A stretch of 62,665 nucleotides of DNA, the filler included. It is 6 parts of 6 records of this genome, joined end to end, with 100 filler letters (N's around TTAATTAATTAA, not from the genome) between each part and the next. Parts side by side here need not be neighbours in the genome. Positions count along the whole stretch, not along the records: positions 50,118 to 62,665 come from SRR31147125_34670; 5 more parts are not named here. The stretch is one strand, 5' to 3'. The notes under the pieces were generated by a model, which was not told the DNA's origin, made no database searches, and saw only the letters and a list, made by a program, of their open reading frames with translations. Positions 50,795-61,258 of the stretch are shown here, piece by piece. Each line of letters begins with the position of its first letter. Position 1 is the stretch's first letter. Position numbers and translations under genes: made by a program.

Positions 50795-51985
50795 CTAAAT
50801 TCCGCCAACAATCGGATACCAATCAGGTTTCCGTGGATCCTGATGAAAACGGGCATAGTAATCACCTTTTTCCTCAAAATATTTTTCATATTTTTGCATT
50901 TTTTCTTCATCAAGCTCCACACCCAATCCGGGACCTTCAGGAACGCTAATCGCTCCGTCTTTATATTCGAGTTTACCGCCCACGATAATATCATCTAACA
51001 AATAATGATAATGAGCATCTCCCTGCATATTCATCGTCGGAATCGTCGATGCCGTGTGTAACATGGCAGCTAATTCAATACCAAATTCGGCACCGGAATG
51101 CATTGCTACTCCAAGATTAAAGGTACGGCATACGGCACTCAAATCTTTTACACCCCGTGGTCCTTCCCAATAGTGTAAATCAGTTAAAATAATATCAATG
51201 GAATTCATATGAATAGCTGGACCGAGATCATCAAACTTGTTGGGATACATATTTGTTGCCAAGGGAATTGCTACTTGTTCCCGCACGGCACGCATTCCTT
51301 CAAGCCCCCATGCCGGATCTTCAAAATATTGTAATTCAAGCTCCTCCATTCTGCGACCGGCTTTAACGGCCGTCGCAACAGACCAGACACCATTTGGATC
51401 AATACGCAGGCCAAAATCATCCCCAAGTCGTTTTCGGCATAATTCCACGGCGCGCACTTCTTCCATCGGATCCATGACACCCGCTTTCAATTTCATTGCG
51501 GTGGCTCCCAGGCTCTCTTTCAGTTCTTCACAATGATCGGCAACATCTTCCGCGCATGTGTCATCCCCACCCTCCGGTCGATCATATCGCCAGAAAAGGT
51601 ATGCAATCATTGGAATTGCATCACGAACCTTTCCCCCTAATAGTTGATGCATAGGTACGTTACAGGCTTTTCCCTGAATATCAAGACATGCTATTTCAAT
51701 AGCACCATATAAACGGGAATTGGACATATAATAAATACTTCTTAAAACCTTGAGTTTTATGGCCTCCAAATCAAAAGGATCCATACCAACAAGTCGAGGT
51801 TTAAGTTTCATTAAGGCACCTCGCTGATCGCCACCGCCTAATTCTCCCAGTCCGACAATACCTTCATCTGTATAAAGTTCCAAAACAGTGCGCATCAAAT
51901 AGCCAGGATGAACACCGGTATTATGTCTTAACATACAGTTCATGGGAATAGCAACCGTTCTTGCGCGTAAATCAGTAATCTTCAT
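50795..51985 (-). CDS. Enolase-superfamily (glucarate dehydratase-related) protein
   Basis: KLKAG, RIDPNG, EDP, LATNM and MHS motifs. Confidence 0.85.
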   Translation of the reverse strand: MKITDLRARTVAIPMNCMLRHNTGVHPGYLMRTVLELYTDEGIVGLGELGGGDQRGALMKLKPRLVGMDPFDLEAIKLKVLRSIYYMSNSRLYGAIEIACLDIQGKACNVPMHQLLGGKVRDAIPMIAYLFWRYDRPEGGDDTCAEDVADHCEELKESLGATAMKLKAGVMDPMEEVRAVELCRKRLGDDFGLRIDPNGVWSVATAVKAGRRMEELELQYFEDPAWGLEGMRAVREQVAIPLATNMYPNKFDDLGPAIHMNSIDIILTDLHYWEGPRGVKDLSAVCRTFNLGVAMHSGAEFGIELAAMLHTASTIPTMNMQGDAHYHYLLDDIIVGGKLEYKDGAISVPEGPGLGVELDEEKMQKYEKYFEEKGDYYARFHQDPRKPDWYPIVGGI

Positions 51986-52221
51986 TTCAACTCCTTATTG
52001 TTAATTTATATTAAAGTAGTTTCTCCAAATTTTCTTATTTTTTCTTTTTCGAGCAAAACAAGAGAGTAAAATAGTTTAAAGATAAAAACCTTAATTCCTG
52101 GTCATATCATAAACACGACCACTTGCGGGCGTTGTCAACTCTTACAAACAGGAGACAATAACAAGTGGTCCTTTTTATCCCACTCATTCAGAATTGATAC
52201 GCGGCGCGTAAACATAATCAG

Positions 52222-52530
52222 TTATTCTAATGATCTTTCAACTGATTTCGCATTCCACGATTCAATAGAGATTCTAATCTTTTGATTATTTAACTTTTCT
52301 CGCCAAAGTGTATTTATTGTCAGATCTCTTTCTTCGCCGGCCGCTAACCAAAAGTAATTATCATCTGCAAAAAAAGCTCTTTTTATACCATTTAGATCCA
52401 ATTTTACCGGAAATGCAGGATTTTTGCCACTATTCCGGATCCTGATTTTAAAAACACGACGTTCTTTGGAAAATATTTTGGAGGACAAGATCTGCAAATC
52501 AAGCATTGCAAATTTTCCACCCAGGAACAT
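52222..52530 (-). pseudogene. Orphan C-terminal Ig-like domain of a GH2 beta-mannosidase-type enzyme
   Basis: IRNSGKNPAF...DDNYFWLAAGEER...SWNA, with no catalytic domain upstream. Confidence 0.5.
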
Positions 52531-52535
52531 AGTTA

Positions 52536-53801
52536 TTAATTTGAATACTTTTCATAAACTCCACTCATAACTTTTTTTACTGCTTCGAGGTAACCATAGC
52601 CATTAAGCATGTCGGGCAGCAGATAACTGCCTTCCACCCATTCATTCCAGGCATTGATGGTAATCAGTTTGGGCTGTTCAGGATGGCTGTCTGCATATTC
52701 CTTTGCTTTGGAAAGCAAGGAAGCAAAACTGGCAGGCGTATCATGGTAGTGCACCACATTTTTAATACCTTGTGCAGGAAACCTCGGCGTGGCATCCCAA
52801 CCAACAGAAACGCAAGGGAACAGCGGCACATTTAAGATAGAATCCATTTGGGCCCTTATTTTCACTGACTTTGCTCCATAAACCAGGTAATCTTCATTCA
52901 TCCCTCCCATGTTGTACATTGCCACGCTGTTGAAACCCATTTCTGTTACTCTGTCGGAAAACCGTGATGCTGCTTCTTTCGACATGATTGAACCACCTCC
53001 CTGGTTCCACTGGATATGTAAACCCGGGAATCCGGCTTTTTTCACTTCTTCCCTGAAATAATCCAGCGCTTTACGGGTTTCTTCCACGCTCCCGTTAAAA
53101 CTTTTCAGCAAATTGCCAATACTGAAAATGGAAAACACTGGTTTGCCATCTATTTTAAAATAGTTAGGTTGCTTAAAATATTGCGTTATTACCCTGTCAA
53201 CAATAATTTTAAAGTTGTCCCAATCCACGACCCCGTCCCAAAGCAGGGAAGTATCGTCCTTAAACTTGTGCACATTCCAGTAGTTTCGTTTTACATTGTG
53301 GTTGGCCCACATGATATAAAACTTCATTTTTGAATTATTTTTTGCTTTCAAAAAACCATCATTGAGTGCGCTTTCCAGGAAAGGACCTCCGTCAAACCAA
53401 TACCAATCGTAGACAAAGACATTAATACCATGGTCAACAGCTGCATCAATCCATTTCCCTACCACATTGGGATCATTGTCCATCTCATACCCCCATAGCG
53501 GCATGCGTGGCTGGTAGTGCCCGTCAAAACGTGAATTCCCTTTTTTTATAACTTCCCATTCACCAATTCCTTCGGGCCACAGCATATCACCAAATCGCTC
53601 GTCGTGGTGGCATGATGGCCAAATATAAGCGGCCACATAATAATCTTCATTTTCATTTGCTATGTTTTCTTTTTGGGTACAGGAGAAAGTTATAATAAGA
53701 AATAACAAGACAATCGAGCAAATAATACTCATTTTAGCAACAAACAATTTTAAACCTACAAATGAACGAAATTTTGATTTCATGATGATCTTTATCTCCA
53801 T
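52536..53801 (-). CDS. GH99-like / WbsX-family glycoside hydrolase lipoprotein
   Basis: Lipobox TFSC; YDWYW, MWANH, GWDATPR and NAWNEWVEGSYLLPD motifs. Confidence 0.82.
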   Translation of the reverse strand: MEIKIIMKSKFRSFVGLKLFVAKMSIICSIVLLFLIITFSCTQKENIANENEDYYVAAYIWPSCHHDERFGDMLWPEGIGEWEVIKKGNSRFDGHYQPRMPLWGYEMDNDPNVVGKWIDAAVDHGINVFVYDWYWFDGGPFLESALNDGFLKAKNNSKMKFYIMWANHNVKRNYWNVHKFKDDTSLLWDGVVDWDNFKIIVDRVITQYFKQPNYFKIDGKPVFSIFSIGNLLKSFNGSVEETRKALDYFREEVKKAGFPGLHIQWNQGGGSIMSKEAASRFSDRVTEMGFNSVAMYNMGGMNEDYLVYGAKSVKIRAQMDSILNVPLFPCVSVGWDATPRFPAQGIKNVVHYHDTPASFASLLSKAKEYADSHPEQPKLITINAWNEWVEGSYLLPDMLNGYGYLEAVKKVMSGVYEKYSN

Positions 53802-53879
53802 AAAATTTAATACATTTTTTTTCGACCACGATATGGGTGTGACTTTTTCAGAAACTAATTCAACATAAACTCAACGCAT

Positions 53880-54671
53880 CTACAAATTTTGCATCACGTA
53901 ACCGGCCGCATATTCACTCCCGCACTTTTGTCCATGTTCCTTATAATACTTTATATATGAATTCATCGTATCAAAACTCATTTGACTGCTATGAACGCAT
54001 CGGGACCAAAGAACGTACGATAAAACAGAGGGCTCGGAGATATCAACATAGTGATTTGGAATGAAATTCAGTTGCGTCTCCTCTCGACCTGGCTGGCCAA
54101 AGTAATAAACCGTAAAGCCATGATAATCGAGTCGTTTCACTGCTTCGTTTACTATATCAGCCGTACCAAAATGATCCGGGTGAGTATCTTCCCGCCAGTG
54201 TGTTATAATCCGTGTGGGCTTTATCTTATTTAATAGCTCCACCATTTTCGCCACGGTCTCTGGCGTTTTGGCAATATTCTCATTTTCAGGGTGTGGCGGA
54301 CGCCACCAACATAAGTCGCCTCCCAGATGAGCGACGGCTTTCTCCAACTCGCCGGTTCTATGTTTAATAGCTTCTTCTCTGGTTACGTTTTTTCGACCAG
54401 GGAGTCCACTTTCGCCGGTAAGGCGCATCATTAATACAATAAAGTCGTCATCTGCTTTTCTCTCAGTCAGAATGAGCGGTGATGCTTTAGATTCATCATC
54501 CGGATGCGCCGCTATAACCAGCCATCGCTGAGGAGTGGTTTTGGCGTCCATAGCATCGTTGCTACTCGTCTTTTCTTTATCAACGCATTCAACTAAAAAA
54601 ATGCCCAATAATCCAAATAGAACAACTAGTGCCTTGCGACGACTGATTCTATTCAATTTTTCTATCGACAA
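53880..54671 (-). CDS. PIG-L/LmbE family de-N-acetylase, exported (copy 2)
   Basis: AHPDDE, HPDH and HSSQ motifs; N-terminal signal; TTG start. Confidence 0.85.
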   Translation of the reverse strand: MSIEKLNRISRRKALVVLFGLLGIFLVECVDKEKTSSNDAMDAKTTPQRWLVIAAHPDDESKASPLILTERKADDDFIVLMMRLTGESGLPGRKNVTREEAIKHRTGELEKAVAHLGGDLCWWRPPHPENENIAKTPETVAKMVELLNKIKPTRIITHWREDTHPDHFGTADIVNEAVKRLDYHGFTVYYFGQPGREETQLNFIPNHYVDISEPSVLSYVLWSRCVHSSQMSFDTMNSYIKYYKEHGQKCGSEYAAGYVMQNL

Positions 54672-54741
54672 TGTATTTCCCTTCTGATTTCGTAAAATAA
54701 GTGTGGCCTTTTCATGGGAATTTTAATCTTAACCAGTGATC

Positions 54742-55545
54742 TCATAATTTCTTCATTACAAATGCATCCGCGTATTCCACACCCGCTTTTTGGCCATTTT
54801 TTTTATAGTACTCTAAATAGGTTTTCACTGTGTTAAAATCCAATTGGCTTTTGTGTACACCACGGGACCAGAGAACACTCGCCAAAATTGCTGGCTTGGA
54901 AATATCCGCATAGTAGTTTGGATTAAAATTCAGCAACTCATCCTCTCGTGTAGGTTGGCCAAAATAATAGACGGCTTTCAGACCTTGCTGAGCTCCAAAC
55001 TGTTTAATGGCTTCATTTATCACCACAGCCGTACCAGCGTGATCAGGATGGGAATCACCCTTTCCCCAATGAGTTATTATACGAGTCGGCTTTATCTCTT
55101 TCAGCAGACTCACCATTTTTTCCACAGTTTCTGGCGTTTTGGCGATATTCTCATTTTCAGGATGTGGCGGGCGCCACCAACGCAATTCATCAGCGTTAAA
55201 AAAAGCGGCAGATTTATCCATTTCACCGGATCGATGGTTAATTGCTTGTTCTCTCGTCACATCCTTTCGTCCTGGTAGTAAGCTTTCGCCAGTGAGACGC
55301 ATGACCAGAATAACCAACTCATCGCCTGGCTTTCTCTCAGTAAAAACAAGGCCAGACGCTTTTGCTTCATCATCCGGATGAGCAGAGACAATCAGCCAAC
55401 GTTGAGGAGTCGTCAAATTATCCTTTGTATCACTTGTACTCGTTTTGTCGTTATCAACACATCCAATAATTAGCATGGCGAGGATTACGAATACAGCAGC
55501 ACACACTCTTTGATGAGTGATTTTATTCAATTTTATTGCTGACAA
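54742..55545 (-). CDS. PIG-L/LmbE family de-N-acetylase lipoprotein (copy 1)
   Basis: AHPDDE, HPDH and HKSQ motifs; lipobox IIGC; TTG start. Confidence 0.85.
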   Translation of the reverse strand: MSAIKLNKITHQRVCAAVFVILAMLIIGCVDNDKTSTSDTKDNLTTPQRWLIVSAHPDDEAKASGLVFTERKPGDELVILVMRLTGESLLPGRKDVTREQAINHRSGEMDKSAAFFNADELRWWRPPHPENENIAKTPETVEKMVSLLKEIKPTRIITHWGKGDSHPDHAGTAVVINEAIKQFGAQQGLKAVYYFGQPTREDELLNFNPNYYADISKPAILASVLWSRGVHKSQLDFNTVKTYLEYYKKNGQKAGVEYADAFVMKKL

Positions 55546-55626
55546 CGTATTTCCTTTCTGATTTCTTCAAATAAATATGGCCTTTTCAAATATCCAATGC
55601 CGAACATAGAATTAAATTTAATCCAG

Positions 55627-56745
55627 CTATATCTTGATAAATGACTTCTTTCGATACATCCAAAATAATATCAACCATATAATAGAAAAAGCCACCGTGG
55701 TCTGTAAAAAGCTAAACCAAACTCCAAGATATGGTTCAAGTCCGCCGACAAAAATGTCTGCGATCGTGGTGAACTTGAACAATTGCGTGGCCATATATAC
55801 ACTCAACGGATTCATACCAATCACGATAAATCCAAAAGCCCATTTATCTTTTTTCAAAACATCAAAACAAAAATAAAACAAAGCTGTTAGTAAAAAACAC
55901 CAACCTTCAGCATAGATCATAAACGAACTGTTTTTAATCTTTTTAATAAAGGGGAACCATTCGTTCCATATCAGACCAATCAACAGGCAGCTCAATCCCA
56001 ATCCAACAAGCCATAATAATTTAGACTTTTCACTTTTGTCTGCACGCAATAGCAATAATTGGCCTGTCAATGCTCCAAACATCACCATCGATCCAAACAT
56101 AAAACTTGGAAGAATATAAGCAAATGTCGATCCATGCTGCCAACTGCCAAGAACCAACCTGTCGATATATATTGCAAAATTACCATCGGGCGTCAGCACA
56201 CCCGCACCATAACCGGGTACAGGTATGGTCACAAGTAAAAGCCAATAGATAACAGGAATGGCAAGTGCTATGATAATTTGCCACAAAATTCGAAAATTCA
56301 ACATGATCAAAGCTGCTATCAGATAGCCCATACCAATGGTATGCAACGCTCCATTGTAAATATAAAACCGGGACACATCATAGGTCAATAGATTGCCGTC
56401 AATGATCATTCCAAGCACAAACAGGAGAAACGTTCGTTTCATCACTTTTAAATAGATCGCTTTCTTATCATCTCCCCGCTCCAGTCTTCTGCTGATTGAA
56501 AATGTCATGGCAACACCGACAATAAAAAGAAATAATGGCCAGATAATATCCCAGGCGCGAAAGCCTTGCCATTCAGCATGCTCAAATTGAGGCAGCAATG
56601 AATTCAAAAACCGACTGTTCGTCCCTTTCGCAAGCGCCTTAAAAATGGCATCGCCTCCAACAATCCAGAACATGTCAAATCCTCGAAGTGCATCCAGGGA
56701 TATCAACCGGTTACTCAAAGGATATGTCTTTTCATTGTCAATCAT
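55627..56745 (-). CDS. HGSNAT/NagX-like (DUF5009) membrane acyltransferase
   Basis: RLISLDALRGFDM, HAEWQG..WD.IWPLFLFIVG and IGMNPL motifs. Confidence 0.85.
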   Translation of the reverse strand: MIDNEKTYPLSNRLISLDALRGFDMFWIVGGDAIFKALAKGTNSRFLNSLLPQFEHAEWQGFRAWDIIWPLFLFIVGVAMTFSISRRLERGDDKKAIYLKVMKRTFLLFVLGMIIDGNLLTYDVSRFYIYNGALHTIGMGYLIAALIMLNFRILWQIIIALAIPVIYWLLLVTIPVPGYGAGVLTPDGNFAIYIDRLVLGSWQHGSTFAYILPSFMFGSMVMFGALTGQLLLLRADKSEKSKLLWLVGLGLSCLLIGLIWNEWFPFIKKIKNSSFMIYAEGWCFLLTALFYFCFDVLKKDKWAFGFIVIGMNPLSVYMATQLFKFTTIADIFVGGLEPYLGVWFSFLQTTVAFSIIWLILFWMYRKKSFIKI

Positions 56746-57012
56746 TGAATAAGTAACTCCTGTGAGAAAAGTATTTTGATTCTTCTATTTCAACTATTTT
56801 TATTTTTTCTCTGAATCTCTTCTTTCGAAACATAAAAAAAGTGAAAAGGGACTAATGATATTCCATGTTTGGAAATTCCACCAATCAACATTACAAAATA
56901 ATGGAACCAATGATCTCAAAAAGAGAAATTTATTACCTTCATACAGCTATTAGAAATAGCATCCCCCTTAAAAATTTGTACTTGTCACTTTTAAAATATC
57001 CAGTAATAACTT

Positions 57013-58521
57013 TTATGATTGATTTTGAAATAAACCAATCTTTTTTCTTTCGGAGACAAAAAGTTTGGATTTATTATCCGTGATCAAGGCTACGACAAGT
57101 AATACTATACAAGCGACAAAATACCACCAAAAAAACGAGACACCATGCAGACTCAGGATAACGACAATGATAACAGATAAAATCGTTCCCAGTGTAATTC
57201 CGAACAGATTGCCTCTTTTCATAAAGGCCAATAAAGCAATCCCAAAAAGTGCACCGTAGACATAACCCGGCATTCCCAATCCAAGCTCCAGTAATCCTTG
57301 CTCCTGAACTTTATTTAAAAAGATAGCCATGAGAGAAAGTAAAACACCCCAAAAAATGATAAATGTCTTGGATATGCGTAAATAATGGTTTTCCTGAGCA
57401 TCTTTTTTAAAATAGCGTCGATAAAATCCGTTAACAGAAGCTTCTGATAAAGCAGTTAGAGCGGAATCAAGCGTTGAAATACCAGCAGCAAAAATGGATG
57501 CGATAATCAAGCCAGACAAACCCGGAGGCATCTGTGTAACGATAAAATATGGAAATACTTTGTCTGGTTCATTTTGTAGTATTGTTGCTGCCTGATCACT
57601 TAGAGGGTGAATATGATAAAAAGCAAAAAGACCAAGTCCGACAAAAAGCATGACATATGTTGTAATATTACCCAAAAGTCCAAAATAAATAGCTTTTTGC
57701 GCTTCGCGTACATTTTTACAACATAAGGTTCTCTGTACCACAATTTGATCAATCGTATTTTGACCTAATTCAAACACAGTGACCGCAAATAATCCAACCC
57801 AAAGGGTATAAGTTGCACGTGGATCTGTTGATAAATCCACCAGAACCAATTTTGCTTTTTGATCCGCAATAGCTAATATTTCTCCCAGGCCACCGGGAAT
57901 TTGATGAAAAACACTCAAAATCGCAAACATGGCTCCGAATAAAAATATACTGAGTTGAATAACATCTGTCCAGATAACAGTTGTGATACCTCCCAAGATG
58001 GACCAGATTATGGAAAAAAGCCCAATTATCATTACACAGACGACCAGAGACTGACCTGTTATAACGCTTAAAACAAGAGCTGTGGCAAGCAAACGTACGC
58101 CCTGACTTAGAATGGCACCGATCATCCATAATACTCGTGCAAGTTGGCTTACCTTGGTTCCCAGTTTTTTTTCCATAAAGTCATATGGACTGTATATTTC
58201 CTCCTGATAGTAGATTTTGATGAAAAAGATTGCCATTATAATTTCACCAACGATATAACCTATGGTCATTTGCGCATAGGTTAGATTCCCTCCTACCCGA
58301 AACACAGCGGCGGGTATGGCAATAAAAACAAGGGCACTGGTACGTGTGGCTATGAGGGAACCACCAACGGCCCAGTAGGGCATCGATTTATTACCTAAAA
58401 AAAAGCCGCGCATACCTTTGCGTTTTCCCTGCAAAATATGCCCCATCAATGTTGTCCCAACAAAAACAACAAGGAGGATACTCCAATTCAAATAACCGAA
58501 ATGTACTTCACCAAAACCCAT
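57013..58521 (-). CDS. Sodium:solute symporter (SSS)
   Basis: FFLGNKSMP, GGITTVIWTDVIQ, DQIVVQR and AAGISTLDS motifs. Confidence 0.92.
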   Translation of the reverse strand: MGFGEVHFGYLNWSILLVVFVGTTLMGHILQGKRKGMRGFFLGNKSMPYWAVGGSLIATRTSALVFIAIPAAVFRVGGNLTYAQMTIGYIVGEIIMAIFFIKIYYQEEIYSPYDFMEKKLGTKVSQLARVLWMIGAILSQGVRLLATALVLSVITGQSLVVCVMIIGLFSIIWSILGGITTVIWTDVIQLSIFLFGAMFAILSVFHQIPGGLGEILAIADQKAKLVLVDLSTDPRATYTLWVGLFAVTVFELGQNTIDQIVVQRTLCCKNVREAQKAIYFGLLGNITTYVMLFVGLGLFAFYHIHPLSDQAATILQNEPDKVFPYFIVTQMPPGLSGLIIASIFAAGISTLDSALTALSEASVNGFYRRYFKKDAQENHYLRISKTFIIFWGVLLSLMAIFLNKVQEQGLLELGLGMPGYVYGALFGIALLAFMKRGNLFGITLGTILSVIIVVILSLHGVSFFWWYFVACIVLLVVALITDNKSKLFVSERKKIGLFQNQS

Positions 58522-58574
58522 TTATTCCTCCGGGAAACAATTATTTAATAAAATGATTAGTTGATTTACCAACT

Positions 58575-59651
58575 TTACAAATATACAGGTTGCCTGCAAG
58601 CAATACTGTCATAACAGGCGTTCATTGCTTCAATCGTTTTTTTGTGCCAGGCAAGGTTAATTTTTGGTGTTTTCTTATTTCGAATACAGTCTACAAACTC
58701 GTCAATGAGACCAATCCATTCATCAAAATAGGTATACTGGACAGTATAACGATCATTCGGTACACCATTATGATAAACATTTGGGCCAAAACAATCGGCC
58801 ATAAGCACACCTTTTTCACCGCTTACCGTCACATTCACCTCCATGCGCTTGGGGTAGATTTCCCATCCGGGTCCCGGTACTTTCAGACGCTCTTCAGTAC
58901 GAGACCAGGATGGATCCAGTAAAAATCGAACTCCATTCTTTGTGATCCCATTTACGAGCAATAGATCTTCAACCTGCAGATCCTGTCGCATATTTTTTGC
59001 TGTCTCTGCGTATAGATGATCAAACTCGCTGGCGGTCAGCCATCGAATCAGATCAAATATGTGTGGATGATCACATAGAGCGCCACCACGAAAACGTGAA
59101 TCTCCGTCAAAAAGCGGGATACGTTTACCGTAACTCTCCTCCGGGATACCCTGCCATGGAAAAGCCCACACCGGAGAGAGGGTGATATTAGTGGCCTGAA
59201 TGGATATAATATTTCCGATCGTTCCATCGGCTATCGTTTTTTTCAGTCTTGTTACAACCGGATTATAATGCAATTCAAGCTCTACCTGGCAGACGATATT
59301 CGTTTGCTCAACTAAATCCAACATCTCCTGATATTCACTCATATCAAATGTGGGTATCTTCATACACAGGATATGTACACCTCGTCGCGCGCATTCTCTG
59401 AATTGCTCAATATGTTTATTATTCGCGGAAGCCATGACCACCGCTTCGATCTCGGGGTGACGATCGTACATTTCCTTTTCATCCAGATAACAGGGGATAC
59501 CGAATTTTTGATTGTCAAAATGTTTTTTAATTTCCTCTGATTCAGCATAGGCTGCCATCCAGGACAGGTTTGGATTATCCAAAAGTGTTTGGAAATATTT
59601 TCGTGAATGGCCATGAGTAAGAGATAACATGGCTATTTTCAACCGTTCCAT
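58575..59651 (-). CDS. Gfo/Idh/MocA oxidoreductase
   Basis: N-terminal Rossmann fold, HILCMK, GGALCDHPHIFD. Confidence 0.85.
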   Translation of the reverse strand: MERLKIAMLSLTHGHSRKYFQTLLDNPNLSWMAAYAESEEIKKHFDNQKFGIPCYLDEKEMYDRHPEIEAVVMASANNKHIEQFRECARRGVHILCMKIPTFDMSEYQEMLDLVEQTNIVCQVELELHYNPVVTRLKKTIADGTIGNIISIQATNITLSPVWAFPWQGIPEESYGKRIPLFDGDSRFRGGALCDHPHIFDLIRWLTASEFDHLYAETAKNMRQDLQVEDLLLVNGITKNGVRFLLDPSWSRTEERLKVPGPGWEIYPKRMEVNVTVSGEKGVLMADCFGPNVYHNGVPNDRYTVQYTYFDEWIGLIDEFVDCIRNKKTPKINLAWHKKTIEAMNACYDSIACRQPVYL

Positions 59652-59663
59652 TTATATTCTCCA

Positions 59664-60443
59664 CTAATTACATATAATTCGTTGGCATTTTTTGCTGGAT
59701 TCCATAGCGCGTTCAATCAGATTCATCAGTCGTTTATGTTGTGACTGCCATGTTTCTATTAAATTCTGTTCTTTTAACATCATAAATGCCGCTCTTACTT
59801 GTTCAATCTGCATATCGTCCAAACCAAATAACTCCATATCCACATCTTTGAATCGGTACTCTCCGGTGTCCGTAAAAGCATAAACAGAACTTGCCGGAAT
59901 TTGTGTGTCAACGCACAGATCACTGGCTATGCCTCGTTGAGAGATAATCTCATGTCTATCAATAAGAGAGGAACCGGATGGTAACTGTGTACTGACTTCA
60001 ATACTGCAGAGGATATTATTATCTAAACGTAAAATAATATTCGCGACCTGATTCTTTGTTATCTCTGCATTTAGAGAAGCAATATTCGCATTGCATATAA
60101 ATTCACACAAATCCATTTCGCGATAAAGAAGCGAACCCAAAGACCAATCATTACTGTTCGCCAGGCACGAAAAACGCAGCATGCGGACATTTTCAATTAT
60201 TGCATTTTGAACTATATTTTTTAATTCAACAAAGCGCCGATCGCATCGCCACGTTAATAGGGGAACATCGTTATCTTCCATTGCTGATCCAATAAAATTC
60301 CAGCCAGGAAGTAACAAAAGTCCCTCCTTTGTTTTTTCACTTTTCTGCTCCAAACGAAAAGGTGTTGAAGAATCAATATGATACTTTACAAGTAACTCAT
60401 GCAGCGCTTTTTCACGATCGTTAGCAATTCTTTTTTCACTCAT
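59664..60443 (-). CDS. Hypothetical protein resembling the Gfo/Idh/MocA C-terminal domain
   Basis: Pattern parallels the C-terminal half of the neighbouring gene; no Rossmann fold. Confidence 0.55.
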   Translation of the reverse strand: MSEKRIANDREKALHELLVKYHIDSSTPFRLEQKSEKTKEGLLLLPGWNFIGSAMEDNDVPLLTWRCDRRFVELKNIVQNAIIENVRMLRFSCLANSNDWSLGSLLYREMDLCEFICNANIASLNAEITKNQVANIILRLDNNILCSIEVSTQLPSGSSLIDRHEIISQRGIASDLCVDTQIPASSVYAFTDTGEYRFKDVDMELFGLDDMQIEQVRAAFMMLKEQNLIETWQSQHKRLMNLIERAMESSKKCQRIICN

Positions 60444-60467
60444 TGCATCTGTCCTTTTATGTATTGC

Positions 60468-61223
60468 CTAAAGATATTTGACTCTGGGAAGATACTTTTC
60501 CACATAAGCCGCATTGATTTCATCTCCACCAGGTACATTGGCACTTGTCCAGACCGGTGGTTTTATTCCTCGTTCGACGCATTTTTTGATTGTAGCAATT
60601 TCCAGGCGATGAGCAATGTAAAAATCAATAATATTTGAAATGGGAGCGATCGGTATATCAAATCCCTCAACCTTGACAACCGCATCACCGACGGGATTAT
60701 AATCATCAATACATATATCAGCCAGATCAAAAAGATTTTTGCCGTTAGGGTGACGGATAAAATGATTGGCGGGCATCTCATCCTGCCAATAAGAAGAGCT
60801 GACAGCAATAATTTTCGCGCCACTTTCTTTGGCTTCCATCGCCGCATCAATTGTAGCAGGATTAATACCGATATTATGGAATATAATCAATACATCATCT
60901 TTTTGTAAACGAAAATATTTCACAATACTGCGGCCATAATTGACTGTTCGTTCCAATTCCAGATACTTTAAGGCCTGATTGAATACAGACAGTCCGGGTT
61001 CCATAACAGGATTTATATTAGAAAGACCACCGGCACGAAAAAACATCTCTCCCATAACAAGAGTCGTATGTCCACCACCACCATATACATGAATTAATCG
61101 ATCCTGCTCAATCGCATCCACCATCAAATCTGCTGCTTTATTAATATTTTCCACCTGGCCTTCTTCGACTTTTTTTAACAGGTCAATGACCTGACTCAAA
61201 TACCCCAAATCCTGGTTACTCAT
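60468..61223 (-). CDS. SIS (sugar isomerase) domain protein
   Basis: HVYGGGGH..EMFFRAGGL..LERT..GIN..GDA..PPVWTSAN. Confidence 0.88.
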   Translation of the reverse strand: MSNQDLGYLSQVIDLLKKVEEGQVENINKAADLMVDAIEQDRLIHVYGGGGHTTLVMGEMFFRAGGLSNINPVMEPGLSVFNQALKYLELERTVNYGRSIVKYFRLQKDDVLIIFHNIGINPATIDAAMEAKESGAKIIAVSSSYWQDEMPANHFIRHPNGKNLFDLADICIDDYNPVGDAVVKVEGFDIPIAPISNIIDFYIAHRLEIATIKKCVERGIKPPVWTSANVPGGDEINAAYVEKYLPRVKYL

Positions 61224-61258
61224 GTTGTTCTCCTATTAATAAAATTCATCCGAACTCA

